Part shown: piece by piece, positions 1 to 9,037 of the stretch
Layout of the letters: each line of letters begins with the position of its first letter
Numbering within the stretch: the stretch's first letter is position 1
Assembly (NCBI GenBank): GCA_030041175.1
Contig: JASHOK010000055.1
Span: 4,171 to 68,170 of the forward strand
Direction: 5' to 3'
DNA from: Thermoplasmata archaeon
GTDB taxonomy: Archaea > Thermoplasmatota > Thermoplasmata > Lutacidiplasmatales > UBA184
Length of the DNA: 64,000 nucleotides
Notes under the pieces: model-generated
What the model was told of the DNA's origin: nothing
The model's database searches: none
The model's input: only the letters and a program-made list of their open reading frames with translations
Translations under genes and position numbers: made by a program

Positions 1-90
1 TCGCCGGAGCGCAGTCATCTCGAAACCGAGCCCGGCGGTCAGGGACCGAGATGGGTCACAGGAGAAAACCACGACAGGTGAGCTAAGTTC

Positions 91-121
91 TAATATATGA
101 GTCGAAATTCCGATATCGGAA
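91..121 (+). promoter_or_regulatory. TATA box and palindromic operator upstream of PadR operon
   Basis: TAATATA at 91-97; perfect 14-bp palindrome TTCCGATATCGGAA at 108-121, 10 nt before the ATG at 131. Confidence 0.65.
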
Positions 122-130
122 AAGCGAGCC

Positions 131-541
131 ATGTGGGGTCGAAAGAAGCGCGGACTCCGGCACTGGGTGATACTCATTCTCCGCCGGCAGCCGAGGAACG
201 GTGCGGAGATCATGGACGACATGGAGTTTATGACTCATGGCTGGTGGAGGCCGTCCCCCGGGTCGGTGTACCCACTCCTCGACGAGATGCTGAAGGACGG
301 GACAATCCGGAAGCGGGACGATAGCCGGTACGAACTGGTGCCGTCCGCGGCGACCGAGGACCTCTGGGGGCACGGGTGGCGGATGGGAGCCGGACCGCGA
401 ACTCCGCAGGATATCGTCCAGGAACTGTCCGGACTCACGGCGTACCTGGAGGATCTCCGCCGGACGCAACCCCACGCCACGGATCCGGTCCAGGGAGATC
501 TCGACTCGGTCGCCGAACGACTTCGGAAGATGAGGAACTGA
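131..541 (+). CDS. PadR family transcriptional regulator
   Basis: WRPSPGSVYPLLDEM...G.I...RYEL winged-helix signature. Confidence 0.9.
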   Translation: MWGRKKRGLRHWVILILRRQPRNGAEIMDDMEFMTHGWWRPSPGSVYPLLDEMLKDGTIRKRDDSRYELVPSAATEDLWGHGWRMGAGPRTPQDIVQELSGLTAYLEDLRRTQPHATDPVQGDLDSVAERLRKMRN

Positions 542-551
542 GGGGAATCTG

Positions 552-1574
552 ATGCAGCAGCAAGGAATCATCCACGCGGAAGGTCTGGTCAAGGTCTACA
601 ACGGGAAGGTCAAAGCGGTCAACGGGGTCAGTTTCGACGTACGGCCCGGAGAGATCTTCGGCTTCCTCGGTCCGAACGGCGCCGGCAAGACCACCACGGT
701 GTCGATGCTCTCCGCCGGCCTGGCTCCCACTTCGGGACAGGCGGTCGTGGAGGGGCTGAACGTCAGCGTAGATCCCGAGGGCGTCAAGCGTCGCATCGGT
801 GTGATCTTTCAGGAATCGACCGCGGACCAGGACCTCACGGGCCGGGAGAACCTCGAGGTTGCGGCCGGCTGTTACAACATTCCCGCCGCGGAAGCCCGGA
901 CCCGGTCGGAGAGCCTGATCGAGCTCATGCAGCTCAAGGACGCCGCAGACCGGCTCGTCAAGACGTACTCCGGCGGGATGCGTCGCCGACTCGAACTCGC
1001 CGTCGGGCTGGTCCACCAGCCCCGGGTGCTCTTCCTGGACGAGCCGACGCTCGGGCTCGACCCGCAGGGTCGCGCCGGCTTCTGGTCGTTCATCCAGAAG
1101 CTGCGGAACGAACACGGCCTCACCGTCTTTGTCACGACTCACTATCTCGACGAGGCCGACACGATGTGCGACCGCATCGCAATCATCGACCACGGGAACA
1201 TCGTCGCCACCGGTAGCGCGAACGAGCTCAAGGACCGGCTCGGCGGCGACATCGTCACCCTCAAGACGACCCCCGGATCCATGGACCTGACCTCCCTGAT
1301 CACGGGTCTGCCCGGCGTCAACTCGGTCCAGAAACAGGACAGCAGCTACCGGGTCAAGTGCACGAACGGAGAGCCGTTCGTTCCGCTGGCGGTGGAAGCG
1401 TGCACGCGGGCTGGCGTCGGCGTGACCGGCGTCACCGTGAAGCGACCGAGCCTCGACGAGGTGTTCCTAGAGTTCACCGGGCGAGAATACCGGGAGGAAG
1501 GTGAGGGCCTCACGGCCACCGACCGTGCGGTCATGCTGCAACGGGTGCAGGGCCGGCTCGGAGGACGGCGCTGA
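552..1574 (+). CDS. ABC exporter ATP-binding subunit (DrrA-like)
   Basis: Walker A GPNGAGKTT, signature YSGGMRRR, Walker B LFLDEPT, H-loop TTHY, C-terminal PSLDEVFL. Confidence 0.95.
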   Translation: MQQQGIIHAEGLVKVYNGKVKAVNGVSFDVRPGEIFGFLGPNGAGKTTTVSMLSAGLAPTSGQAVVEGLNVSVDPEGVKRRIGVIFQESTADQDLTGRENLEVAAGCYNIPAAEARTRSESLIELMQLKDAADRLVKTYSGGMRRRLELAVGLVHQPRVLFLDEPTLGLDPQGRAGFWSFIQKLRNEHGLTVFVTTHYLDEADTMCDRIAIIDHGNIVATGSANELKDRLGGDIVTLKTTPGSMDLTSLITGLPGVNSVQKQDSSYRVKCTNGEPFVPLAVEACTRAGVGVTGVTVKRPSLDEVFLEFTGREYREEGEGLTATDRAVMLQRVQGRLGGRR

Positions 1575-2425
1575 TGTTGCGTGAACTCGGCGCCCTCACG
1601 CGGCGCGAGTTCCTCAAGATCTCGCGGAACCCGCAGGCGATCTTCACGTCCCTGCTGCTTCCGCTCCTGTATCTGCTCCTCTTCGGACAAGGCTTCAACA
1701 TCAACCCGGCGGCGTTCCTTCCCGCCGGCACTCCGGAGTCGGTCAAGCTCGCCGTGATCCACGCCTACTTCCGAGGCGCTCCGAGCTACTACTCGTACTT
1801 CGCCGCGGGCATGGTCGGTTTCGTTTCCGTCACCGCCACCCTGTTCATCGGCGCGAACGTGATCTTCGACAAGCTCTTCGGAATCTTCAAGCGGACCCGG
1901 GGCACCCCGGCGCCGTCGGCCGCGGTCTTCGGGTCGCGGCTCATTGCCGGGTCCGCGCAGCCGGTGCTGCTCGCGTTCTTCGTCCTGGGGCTGGCCATCC
2001 TGTTCGCCCACGTTCCGGGCCTCACCGGGATGCAGATCACCCAGTCGGTCGGCATCGTGGGAGGTCTCGAGATCCTCGCGGCCATCCTCCTGATCTCGCT
2101 CCTGTTCGCCACGATCTTCCTGACGTTCGGCATCCTGCTGGAGCAGCCGCAGACCTACTTCGCCGCCGTGAACGTGATCAATCTGCCGGTACTGCTCACG
2201 TCGGACGCGCTCTACCCCTGGGGCGCGATGCCGAAGTGGCTGCAGACCGCCTCGCAGTACAACCCGGTCTCGCTGGCGGTCAACGTCCTCCGGGAAACGC
2301 TCTACGGCTCGTCGGCCTATCCGTTTCCGCCGGGAATCTACCTCCTGGGTCTGTTCGCGTGGTTCGCCGTTCTGGGAACGATTGCCGTGCTGCTCGTGCG
2401 ACGGGCCCTGCGGCCCCTCGCCTAG
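1574..2425 (+). CDS. ABC-2 type permease
   Basis: About 6 TM segments, MPKWLQ..SQYNPVSLAVN motif, coupled to the ATPase. Confidence 0.9.
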   Translation: MLRELGALTRREFLKISRNPQAIFTSLLLPLLYLLLFGQGFNINPAAFLPAGTPESVKLAVIHAYFRGAPSYYSYFAAGMVGFVSVTATLFIGANVIFDKLFGIFKRTRGTPAPSAAVFGSRLIAGSAQPVLLAFFVLGLAILFAHVPGLTGMQITQSVGIVGGLEILAAILLISLLFATIFLTFGILLEQPQTYFAAVNVINLPVLLTSDALYPWGAMPKWLQTASQYNPVSLAVNVLRETLYGSSAYPFPPGIYLLGLFAWFAVLGTIAVLLVRRALRPLA

Positions 2426-3159
2426 TCGGCCCCCCGCTCGTCGGACGGGACCGGGACCTCGCCCCGGGGCGGGGCCTCGGTCGTCGCGAGGAACCGCGCC
2501 ACCAGACGACCCTCGGCCCTTCGCAGCATCTTGCTGAGGGCCGGCGGACTCTGTCCTGTCACTTTGGCGAGCCGCGTGAGCGACGTCCGTCGAGGAACTC
2601 CGTAGTAGCCGAGGGCCCAGGCGCGCGAGAGAATGCTCCGCTGACGATCGGTGAGCTCCTCGGAGCCCGACGGTCCCCCGTACGGTCGGCCCGAGGTCCG
2701 GAGTACCTGGAACGGCATCCCGTCCCGACCCAGCCGGGCGACCACGCGACGGAGGGCGACCTCGTCGCCGTAGAACGTGGCGACCGTGTGTTCAGGGTCC
2801 GCCCGGAACGGGGCCACGGGAGTGATCTCGCCTCCCGCCACGGTGAGCAGGCGGGCGATCTCCGGAGGGTTCCGCTGCCGGACGAGGAGAATGTAGTCCC
2901 GGGTGCGCGGGCGTCGCTCCACCAGCTCGAGACTCTCGAGTCCGTACATCCGACGGATGCGGAGAGACTCCCGCGCGAGCTCTGCTGCCGTACGCAGCGG
3001 GCCCCGGCGTCGGACGCGGAGCAGCTGCAGCCGCCAGCCGCGCTCGAGGCGCAGGGTCTCGAGCAGTTCCACCTCCTCGTATCGGGAGAAAAACCCCGGT
3101 GGGATGAGCCCGATGGCCTCGAGGTCGGCGGTCCGGAACCGGAAGGAGATCGTCTTCAT
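2422..3159 (-). CDS. Bat/HTH_10-type helix-turn-helix regulator
   Basis: C-terminal LTDRQRSIL..AWALGYYGVPRRTSLTRLAK...LRRAE; start moved to ATG at 3159 (MKTISF); divergent from ubiD. Confidence 0.8.
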   Translation of the reverse strand: MKTISFRFRTADLEAIGLIPPGFFSRYEEVELLETLRLERGWRLQLLRVRRRGPLRTAAELARESLRIRRMYGLESLELVERRPRTRDYILLVRQRNPPEIARLLTVAGGEITPVAPFRADPEHTVATFYGDEVALRRVVARLGRDGMPFQVLRTSGRPYGGPSGSEELTDRQRSILSRAWALGYYGVPRRTSLTRLAKVTGQSPPALSKMLRRAEGRLVARFLATTEAPPRGEVPVPSDERGAD

Positions 3160-3261
3160 CGGCCGCCCGCGGAGGGCTGTGACGAGGTTCTCATATGAAC
3201 CCCCGGTTCGGAGTCGGACGCCGCCCTCGGTTAAATAACGTCCCGCGCTGAGCGGCGTCCG

Positions 3262-4743
3262 ATGGGCTTCCGAGCACTGGGAGACTTCCTCGCCGCCCTC
3301 GAGGCGCAGGGCGACCTCCGCCGGATTCGGGAGCCGGTCAGTCGGGATCTGGAGATCACCGAAATCACACAGCGGACGATCCGCAAGGACGGACCGGCGT
3401 TGCTCTTCGAGAACGTCACCGGCAGCTCGATGCCGGTAGCGATGAACGTCCTCGGGTCGTCTCGACGCATCGCTCGGGCGCTCGGCGCCGCGTCTCTCGA
3501 GGCGCCGATGGATCGCATCGCTCGCCTCGTCCGGCTTCGACCCCCGGCGGGCGTGGTGGGCGCGCTCAAGGACCTTGGCGGGACCCTCCAGACACTCGAT
3601 GTGCTGCGCACGCTGGCGCCGAAGCGGGTGTCCAGCGCTCCCTGTCAGGAGACGGAAACCTCCTCCGTGAATCTCGACTCCCTTCCCATCCTGAGATGCT
3701 GGCCGGGGGACGGTGGCCGTACCGTCACCTTTCCGATCGTCGTGACCCAGGATCCGGAGACGGGCGAGAGCCACACGGGCATCTACCGGCTCCAGCAGTA
3801 CGGGCCCGACACCCTCGGCATGCATTTCCAGGTCCATCGGGTCGGGGCCAACAACTACCGAAAGTGGTGCGCCCGGGGCGAACGGATGCCGGTCGCGGCG
3901 GTGATCGGTTCCGACCCGGCGACCGTTCTGGCAGGGCTCGCTCCCGTTCCGGAGGGAATCTCCAATTTCGTCTTCGCCGGATTCCTCCGGGAAGAACCGC
4001 TCGAGCTCGTTCCGTGCCGAACGATCCCGCTCGAGGTGCCGGCCCAAGCGGAGCTGGTTCTCGAGGGCTTCGTCGACCCGACCGAGCGCCACGTGGAAGG
4101 CCCGTTCGGCGACCACACCGGCTATTACTCAGCCCCGGAACCGTTTCCGGTCTTCCATGTCACCCACATCACGAGCCGCCGCCAGCCGGTCTATCTGGGG
4201 ACGGTCACAGGCAAACCCCCGACCGAGGACTCCGTACTGGGGAAGGCGGTCGAGCGCCTCTTTCTACCGGTGATCCGCCTCGTACTGCCCGAGATCGTCG
4301 ACATGGACCTCCCGGCGGAGGGCCTCTTCATCAACGTCGCTGTCGTCTCGATCCGGAAGGCCTACCCGTATCACGCGCGCAAGGTCATGCACGCGCTCTG
4401 GGGCCTCGGCCAGATGATGTTCACCCGATACATCATCGTGGTCGACGAAGACGTCAACGTCCACGACCGTTCCGAAGTGCTCTATCGGGTCGGGCTGCAA
4501 GCCGATCCGGAACGGGACCTGGAGCTGGTGCATGGCCCGGTCGACCAGCTATCGATCTCGAACCCGGTGCCGAACCTGGGGGGAAAGATCGGCATCGACG
4601 CCACTCGAAAGCGCCCGGATGAGAACTTTCCGCGGCCCTGGCCCGAGGAGATTCGGATGGACCCCGCCGTCGTCGCCCGAATCGATCAGCTGGTGGCCCG
4701 GGCGCCGTCGCTGGCGTTCCTCCGGGACGCGCGGGCGTCGTGA
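3262..4743 (+). CDS. ubiD: UbiD family decarboxylase (menaquinone/futalosine-type)
   Basis: EGPFGDHTGYY, VIYRL-like motif, GKIGIDAT; TTAAATA at 3231-3237 implies leaderless start. Confidence 0.9.
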   Translation: MGFRALGDFLAALEAQGDLRRIREPVSRDLEITEITQRTIRKDGPALLFENVTGSSMPVAMNVLGSSRRIARALGAASLEAPMDRIARLVRLRPPAGVVGALKDLGGTLQTLDVLRTLAPKRVSSAPCQETETSSVNLDSLPILRCWPGDGGRTVTFPIVVTQDPETGESHTGIYRLQQYGPDTLGMHFQVHRVGANNYRKWCARGERMPVAAVIGSDPATVLAGLAPVPEGISNFVFAGFLREEPLELVPCRTIPLEVPAQAELVLEGFVDPTERHVEGPFGDHTGYYSAPEPFPVFHVTHITSRRQPVYLGTVTGKPPTEDSVLGKAVERLFLPVIRLVLPEIVDMDLPAEGLFINVAVVSIRKAYPYHARKVMHALWGLGQMMFTRYIIVVDEDVNVHDRSEVLYRVGLQADPERDLELVHGPVDQLSISNPVPNLGGKIGIDATRKRPDENFPRPWPEEIRMDPAVVARIDQLVARAPSLAFLRDARAS

Positions 4744-5621
4744 ACGCCGACGCCGCGTCGCCCTCCGGATGGGCCCGGGAGCTCGGACGGTTCCTCGAGA
4801 TCCAGAACCTGGGCCTCAATCTTCCCTTCGGCCTCGCGTTCCTGCTGGCGGCGGCGAACGGCCTCCCCCGATGGCAGACGTTCCTGCTGGTGATCGTCGC
4901 GCTGCTCGCCGCTCGTAACGCGGGGCACTCCTTCAATCGATGGACCGACCGGTTCCTCGACGCGCGGAATCCACGGACCCAGGGGCGCGCCCTGGTCACG
5001 GGCCGGATGACCCCCCGGATGGCCCTGACCTTGACCGTACTCAGCGCCGCTGTCCTCGTGATCGCGGCGTTCTTCCTGAACCGGCTCTCCCTCGAGCTCT
5101 CGCCGCTCGCGCTGCTCCTGATTTTCGGGTACAGCTACACGAAACGGTTCACCGCGTTCACCACGGTGTTCTTGGGACTGGTCGAGGCCCTCGTTCCGGC
5201 GGGCGTGTTCATCGCCGTGACCGGAGCGTTGCCGGTCGCGGCGGTGGTGGCCGTGTTCGCCGTCCTCGCCTGGGGCACCGCCTTTGAGACGATCCACAGC
5301 TTGGGCGACCTGTCCACCGACCAGGCTCTCGGACTCTACTCGTTACCCCGACAGCTCGGCCGAGATCGCAGCATCCTTCTCGTTGCGCTCAGTCACGCGG
5401 TCGCGCTCGGGCTGTTCGCCCTCTTCGGCCTCCTGGAACACTTCAGCCTCCCCTACTGGGCGGCGTGGGCGGCGATGGTGGCGGTCGTGATCCCCTCCGA
5501 CGTGGCCCTCCCCCGGGAGCTTGGCCAGACGCGGGTGCCGTTCCAGCGGCACTTCGTCCTGGCGATGATCTTTCTGGTCGGCGTAGCCACCGCCCTGGCG
5601 TTCCCGGGCCTTCGACTCTAG
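4740..5621 (+). CDS. ubiA: UbiA family polyprenyltransferase (MqnP-like)
   Basis: NRWTDRFLDARNPRTQGR, YSYTKRF, D..TDQALG.YSLP; multi-TM; GTGA overlap with ubiD. Confidence 0.88.
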   Translation: MNADAASPSGWARELGRFLEIQNLGLNLPFGLAFLLAAANGLPRWQTFLLVIVALLAARNAGHSFNRWTDRFLDARNPRTQGRALVTGRMTPRMALTLTVLSAAVLVIAAFFLNRLSLELSPLALLLIFGYSYTKRFTAFTTVFLGLVEALVPAGVFIAVTGALPVAAVVAVFAVLAWGTAFETIHSLGDLSTDQALGLYSLPRQLGRDRSILLVALSHAVALGLFALFGLLEHFSLPYWAAWAAMVAVVIPSDVALPRELGQTRVPFQRHFVLAMIFLVGVATALAFPGLRL

Positions 5622-5729
5622 AGTTCCTGTCGCCGGACACATGGTTGTACGGAGGGAGCCCACAGGTTCGAGGCCTCTCCACGCGTCCCGGTGACAACCG
5701 CCATAACCCGGGGCCGACTCGTCCCCGCC

Positions 5730-6086
5730 ATGCCGCAGGTGATGATCGGCCTCTCGGCGCGGGACTACAAGACCACGAACGAGGTCTGGCGGCTCGCGAA
5801 ACGCCACCTCAATCCGATCGTGCGTCGGCGGATCGGCTGGCGCGGACGCTCGAGCTTCCTCCGCCAGCTCATCCTCTACGGATTCGAACGAGCGAGTGAA
5901 AACCCGGCCGCCTTCCTCCACGAGGTTCGAGAGACCCACGACCCCCTGATCGGAAAGCGCGGGCGCTCGGAGGCCGGAGCCGAGCGACGCGAGGCGCTGA
6001 TCACCGCCTGGGCCGGGTTCTTCCCCTCGGACGCCGTTCCCGCGCGGCGGTCGCGCAAGACCTCACCCGGCCGTGGAGCGGAGTGA
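5730..6086 (+). CDS. Hypothetical basic protein, possible ribbon-helix-helix
   Basis: ATG 5730; alternating N-terminal strand QVMIGL and RSSFLRQLIL helix; GTGA coupling to arcS. Confidence 0.55.
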   Translation: MPQVMIGLSARDYKTTNEVWRLAKRHLNPIVRRRIGWRGRSSFLRQLILYGFERASENPAAFLHEVRETHDPLIGKRGRSEAGAERREALITAWAGFFPSDAVPARRSRKTSPGRGAE

Positions 6087-8029
6087 CGGGCGCGGGGGCC
6101 ATCGACTCCCCTGTGTCAGCGCCGGAATCGCGGCCGCGGCCCGCCGTTCATCGTTCCCTGGTGCCGGGGACGGGGGCGCTCCTACCGGGCGCCGCTCAGC
6201 TGGGTCCGCTCCAGCTGGAATCACCGACGGTCCTCTGGGCCCGACCCGACGGATCGCGCCTGGGCGAGGGTCGCTCGGGCACTCCAGTCGAGCTCCTGGT
6301 GGATGATTCCGTACCCGCCGGGCAACGGGCGCTTCGACTCCGGCAGGGCCCGCTCGAATTGCGCCTCCGGTTTCCCGTCCCGACGCCCGAGATCTCGGGG
6401 ACCTCCGGCCTCTGGTTCCGGGTCGTTCCGGGGGTCGCCTACGTGCACGGCCCTCTGTCGGAGGCACAGTGGACGGAACTCCGCACCGAACGCCCCGACC
6501 TGATGGTCCTCGGAAATGCGCGAGCGCTCTGGCAGGATGGAGAGCCGTTCGTCCAGACGGTCGCAGACCTCCGTCGCCGCATGGGCGGCTACCCGTTTCT
6601 GTGGACCCCCCGGGTGGCGCTCCCCCACCGGTTGAGTCTGCTGGCCTGGCTCGGCGTGGATCTCGTCGATACGACGGAGGGCCTCTGGGCCGCTGCCCAG
6701 GGAACGTACCTCGATGCCACCCTGGGGTCCGTCGAGTCCCAGACCGCACGTCGTCACGGGACCTGCCCGTGTCCGGCCTGTCAATCCGAGGAACCGGGAT
6801 CTCTCGAAGCGCATGCCGAGTGGGTGTTCGCCCACGAGAACGCCCGGGTTCGACTCGCCGTCCACGAGGGGCGGCTCCGCGAACTGGTCGAGGCCCGGCT
6901 GACGGCCGAACCGGCGATGGCCGAGATGCTGCGGTTCGCGGATCAGCGGCTGGGACCCTTGCTCGAAGGTCGGACCCCGGTGGCAAACCGGCAGACCCGG
7001 ACCTATGTCCTCCGCGAGTCGCGCCGTCGGCCCGAGGTCACCCGGTTCCTCACCCGGGTCCGGGAGCGGTACCGTCCTCCGCCGTCGAAGCGAGTGCTCC
7101 TGCTCGTGCCCTGCTCGCGGACGAAACCGTATCGGAACTCGCGGAGCCATCGTCGCTTCGCCCGGTCGTGGGAGAGCTGGGGACCCGCCCCGCTCCTGCA
7201 CGTGGTCTCTGTCTCCTCCCCCCTCGGCCTCGTTCCTCGCGACCTGGAGGACGTGTTCCCGGCCCGGGACTACGATATTCCGGTCACCGGCGAATGGGAC
7301 GAGGACGAGCGAGAGGCCGTTCTGCGGGCGCTGGAAATCTTCGTCGGGCGGGGACAGTACACCCAGGCCGTTGTTCATCTGGACCCGGTCGAGTACCGGT
7401 TCCTGCACGGGGCCCTTCCCGGGCGACTGCACCCCCGATGGACCCTCGAGGACGAGCACACGACGAGCGCCGGCGCCCTGCAGTCCCTGAGGTCCGCGCT
7501 GGAGGAGAGCGACCTCGGCCCGTCGCCCCCTGCCCTCGGACCGCTGGGGGCCGCGAAGGAAGGACTGAAGGCCCTGGCCCGCTTTCAGTTCGGTCCCGAG
7601 GGCAGCGAACGTCTCTTCGCCCCGCCGACGCGACTCGAGGGGCGCCCGTGGAGCCTACGACTGAACGACGGGCGGGGCGTGACTCTCGCTACCTGGGCTG
7701 AGGAGCGGGGGCTCTTCCAGCTGACGGCGGCGGGTGGAGAACGGCTGCTCCCGGCCAACACGCTCTGGGTCGAGGTCGACCCCGGTGTTTCGCTGTCGGG
7801 AGACCTGTTCACCCCCGGCGTCCGCGGAGCGGATCCCGCTATCGCGCCGGGGGATGCCGTACTCCTGCGCCGAGACAACCTCCTCCTCGGAGTGGGCGAG
7901 GCGGTGCTCTCGGGACCCCTGATGACCGAGCTGCCGCGCGGTCTCGCCGTGAGGGTCCGGCACCGGGCGCACCGAACCGACAGTTCCATGTCGCCGGCGT
8001 CGTCTAGCGTGGGTGGGCCGGTAGTCTAG
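6083..8029 (+). CDS. arcS: Archaeosine synthase alpha subunit (TGT-like + DUF5591 + PUA)
   Basis: PCSRTKPYRNSRSH motif, Zn motif CPCPAC, SSPLGLVPRDLE, YDIPVTGEW, C-terminal PUA domain. Confidence 0.88.
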   Translation: MTGAGAIDSPVSAPESRPRPAVHRSLVPGTGALLPGAAQLGPLQLESPTVLWARPDGSRLGEGRSGTPVELLVDDSVPAGQRALRLRQGPLELRLRFPVPTPEISGTSGLWFRVVPGVAYVHGPLSEAQWTELRTERPDLMVLGNARALWQDGEPFVQTVADLRRRMGGYPFLWTPRVALPHRLSLLAWLGVDLVDTTEGLWAAAQGTYLDATLGSVESQTARRHGTCPCPACQSEEPGSLEAHAEWVFAHENARVRLAVHEGRLRELVEARLTAEPAMAEMLRFADQRLGPLLEGRTPVANRQTRTYVLRESRRRPEVTRFLTRVRERYRPPPSKRVLLLVPCSRTKPYRNSRSHRRFARSWESWGPAPLLHVVSVSSPLGLVPRDLEDVFPARDYDIPVTGEWDEDEREAVLRALEIFVGRGQYTQAVVHLDPVEYRFLHGALPGRLHPRWTLEDEHTTSAGALQSLRSALEESDLGPSPPALGPLGAAKEGLKALARFQFGPEGSERLFAPPTRLEGRPWSLRLNDGRGVTLATWAEERGLFQLTAAGGERLLPANTLWVEVDPGVSLSGDLFTPGVRGADPAIAPGDAVLLRRDNLLLGVGEAVLSGPLMTELPRGLAVRVRHRAHRTDSSMSPASSSVGGPVV

Positions 8030-8090
8030 CGGTGATGATGCCGCGCTTACAACGCGGAGATCGGCGGTTCGAATCCGTCCCGGCCCACCA
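8015..8090 (+). tRNA. tRNA-Val(UAC)
   Basis: Acceptor GGGCCGG/CCGGCCC, anticodon arm CCGCG-CTTACAA-CGCGG, T-loop GTTCGAATC, encoded ACCA end. Confidence 0.97.
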
Positions 8091-8143
8091 TCGGTCCACC
8101 GCTCCGGCGAGGATCGGCCGCCCGACAGTGGGCGGAAAGCGCC

Positions 8144-9037
8144 CTAGCCGGCGGCCGGCGTCTTTCGGTTCATCCAGTCGACGACCGGCCCGAACGTCGC
8201 CGGCGGAATCACGGCGTGTCGAGCACCGTTCAGGACCAGGACTTCCTTGTCGGGAGCCGGTACGCTGGCGGCAAACTCCCGGACGCTCTCCGCGGTGAAC
8301 AGCTCGTCCTTGTCGCCGACGGCAAAGAGAATCGGAAACCGGGGAGATCCCTCGAAGCGCAGGTTCGGACTGTCGAGCCGGCCCTCGCGGAGCATGCGCG
8401 CTAGTCGGAGGGCCCCGACCCCGTACAGCACGGAATAGAAACGGGCCGAGTATCGGAAGTTGAAGAGCGGGTCACTCAGTCCGCGCATTCCCTGACGGGA
8501 ATAGGGGATCATCGGCACGCCCCGGAGGAGGGTCGCTGCGACGAGCCCCCGCAGTGCGGAGCCAACGGTCGGCCGGGCGAACGCGTGAACCTGGATCCGC
8601 GTCGCCGCGCTCAGGAGGACTAGTCCGTTCACCGCGTCCGGCACGGTCCGCTGAGCGACGACCGCCACCATGGCTCCGAGACTGTGACCGAGCAGGATCA
8701 GCTGTCGCGCCGAGCGGCGCACGTGCGTCACGGTTTCCCGGAGGTCGGCGCGAAACCTCTCCGCGCTGGGATAGTCGCCCCGTCGTCCGTCGGAGAGCCC
8801 GTGCCCGCGGAGGTCCAGGGCGATGGTCGTGTATCCGGCCTCCGCGAGCGGGGCGGCGATCATCGGTCCGTAGGGTCCTCCGTACGCCGTGATCCCGTGG
8901 AATAGCAGCACCGTAGCGCGAGCCGGACCGGCCGGATCCCACCGATGCAGGAAGAGGGTCCGGCCATCCGAGGCTTGCAGCAGCTCGTGGGGCCCCGCGA
9001 ACGCGGCGCGCAATCCGGCCACATCGACGTCGCTCAT
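8144..9037 (-). CDS. Alpha/beta hydrolase (lysophospholipase-like)
   Basis: FHG, DLRGHGLS, GHSLG nucleophile elbow, GDKD, H in GARH; ATGA overlap with upstream gene. Confidence 0.9.
   Translation of the reverse strand: MSDVDVAGLRAAFAGPHELLQASDGRTLFLHRWDPAGPARATVLLFHGITAYGGPYGPMIAAPLAEAGYTTIALDLRGHGLSDGRRGDYPSAERFRADLRETVTHVRRSARQLILLGHSLGAMVAVVAQRTVPDAVNGLVLLSAATRIQVHAFARPTVGSALRGLVAATLLRGVPMIPYSRQGMRGLSDPLFNFRYSARFYSVLYGVGALRLARMLREGRLDSPNLRFEGSPRFPILFAVGDKDELFTAESVREFAASVPAPDKEVLVLNGARHAVIPPATFGPVVDWMNRKTPAAG

Noticed and set aside
2422-4116. 564-aa ORF as listed in the track
   Set aside because: The N-terminal part is antisense to ubiD; only 2422-3159 looks like a real gene
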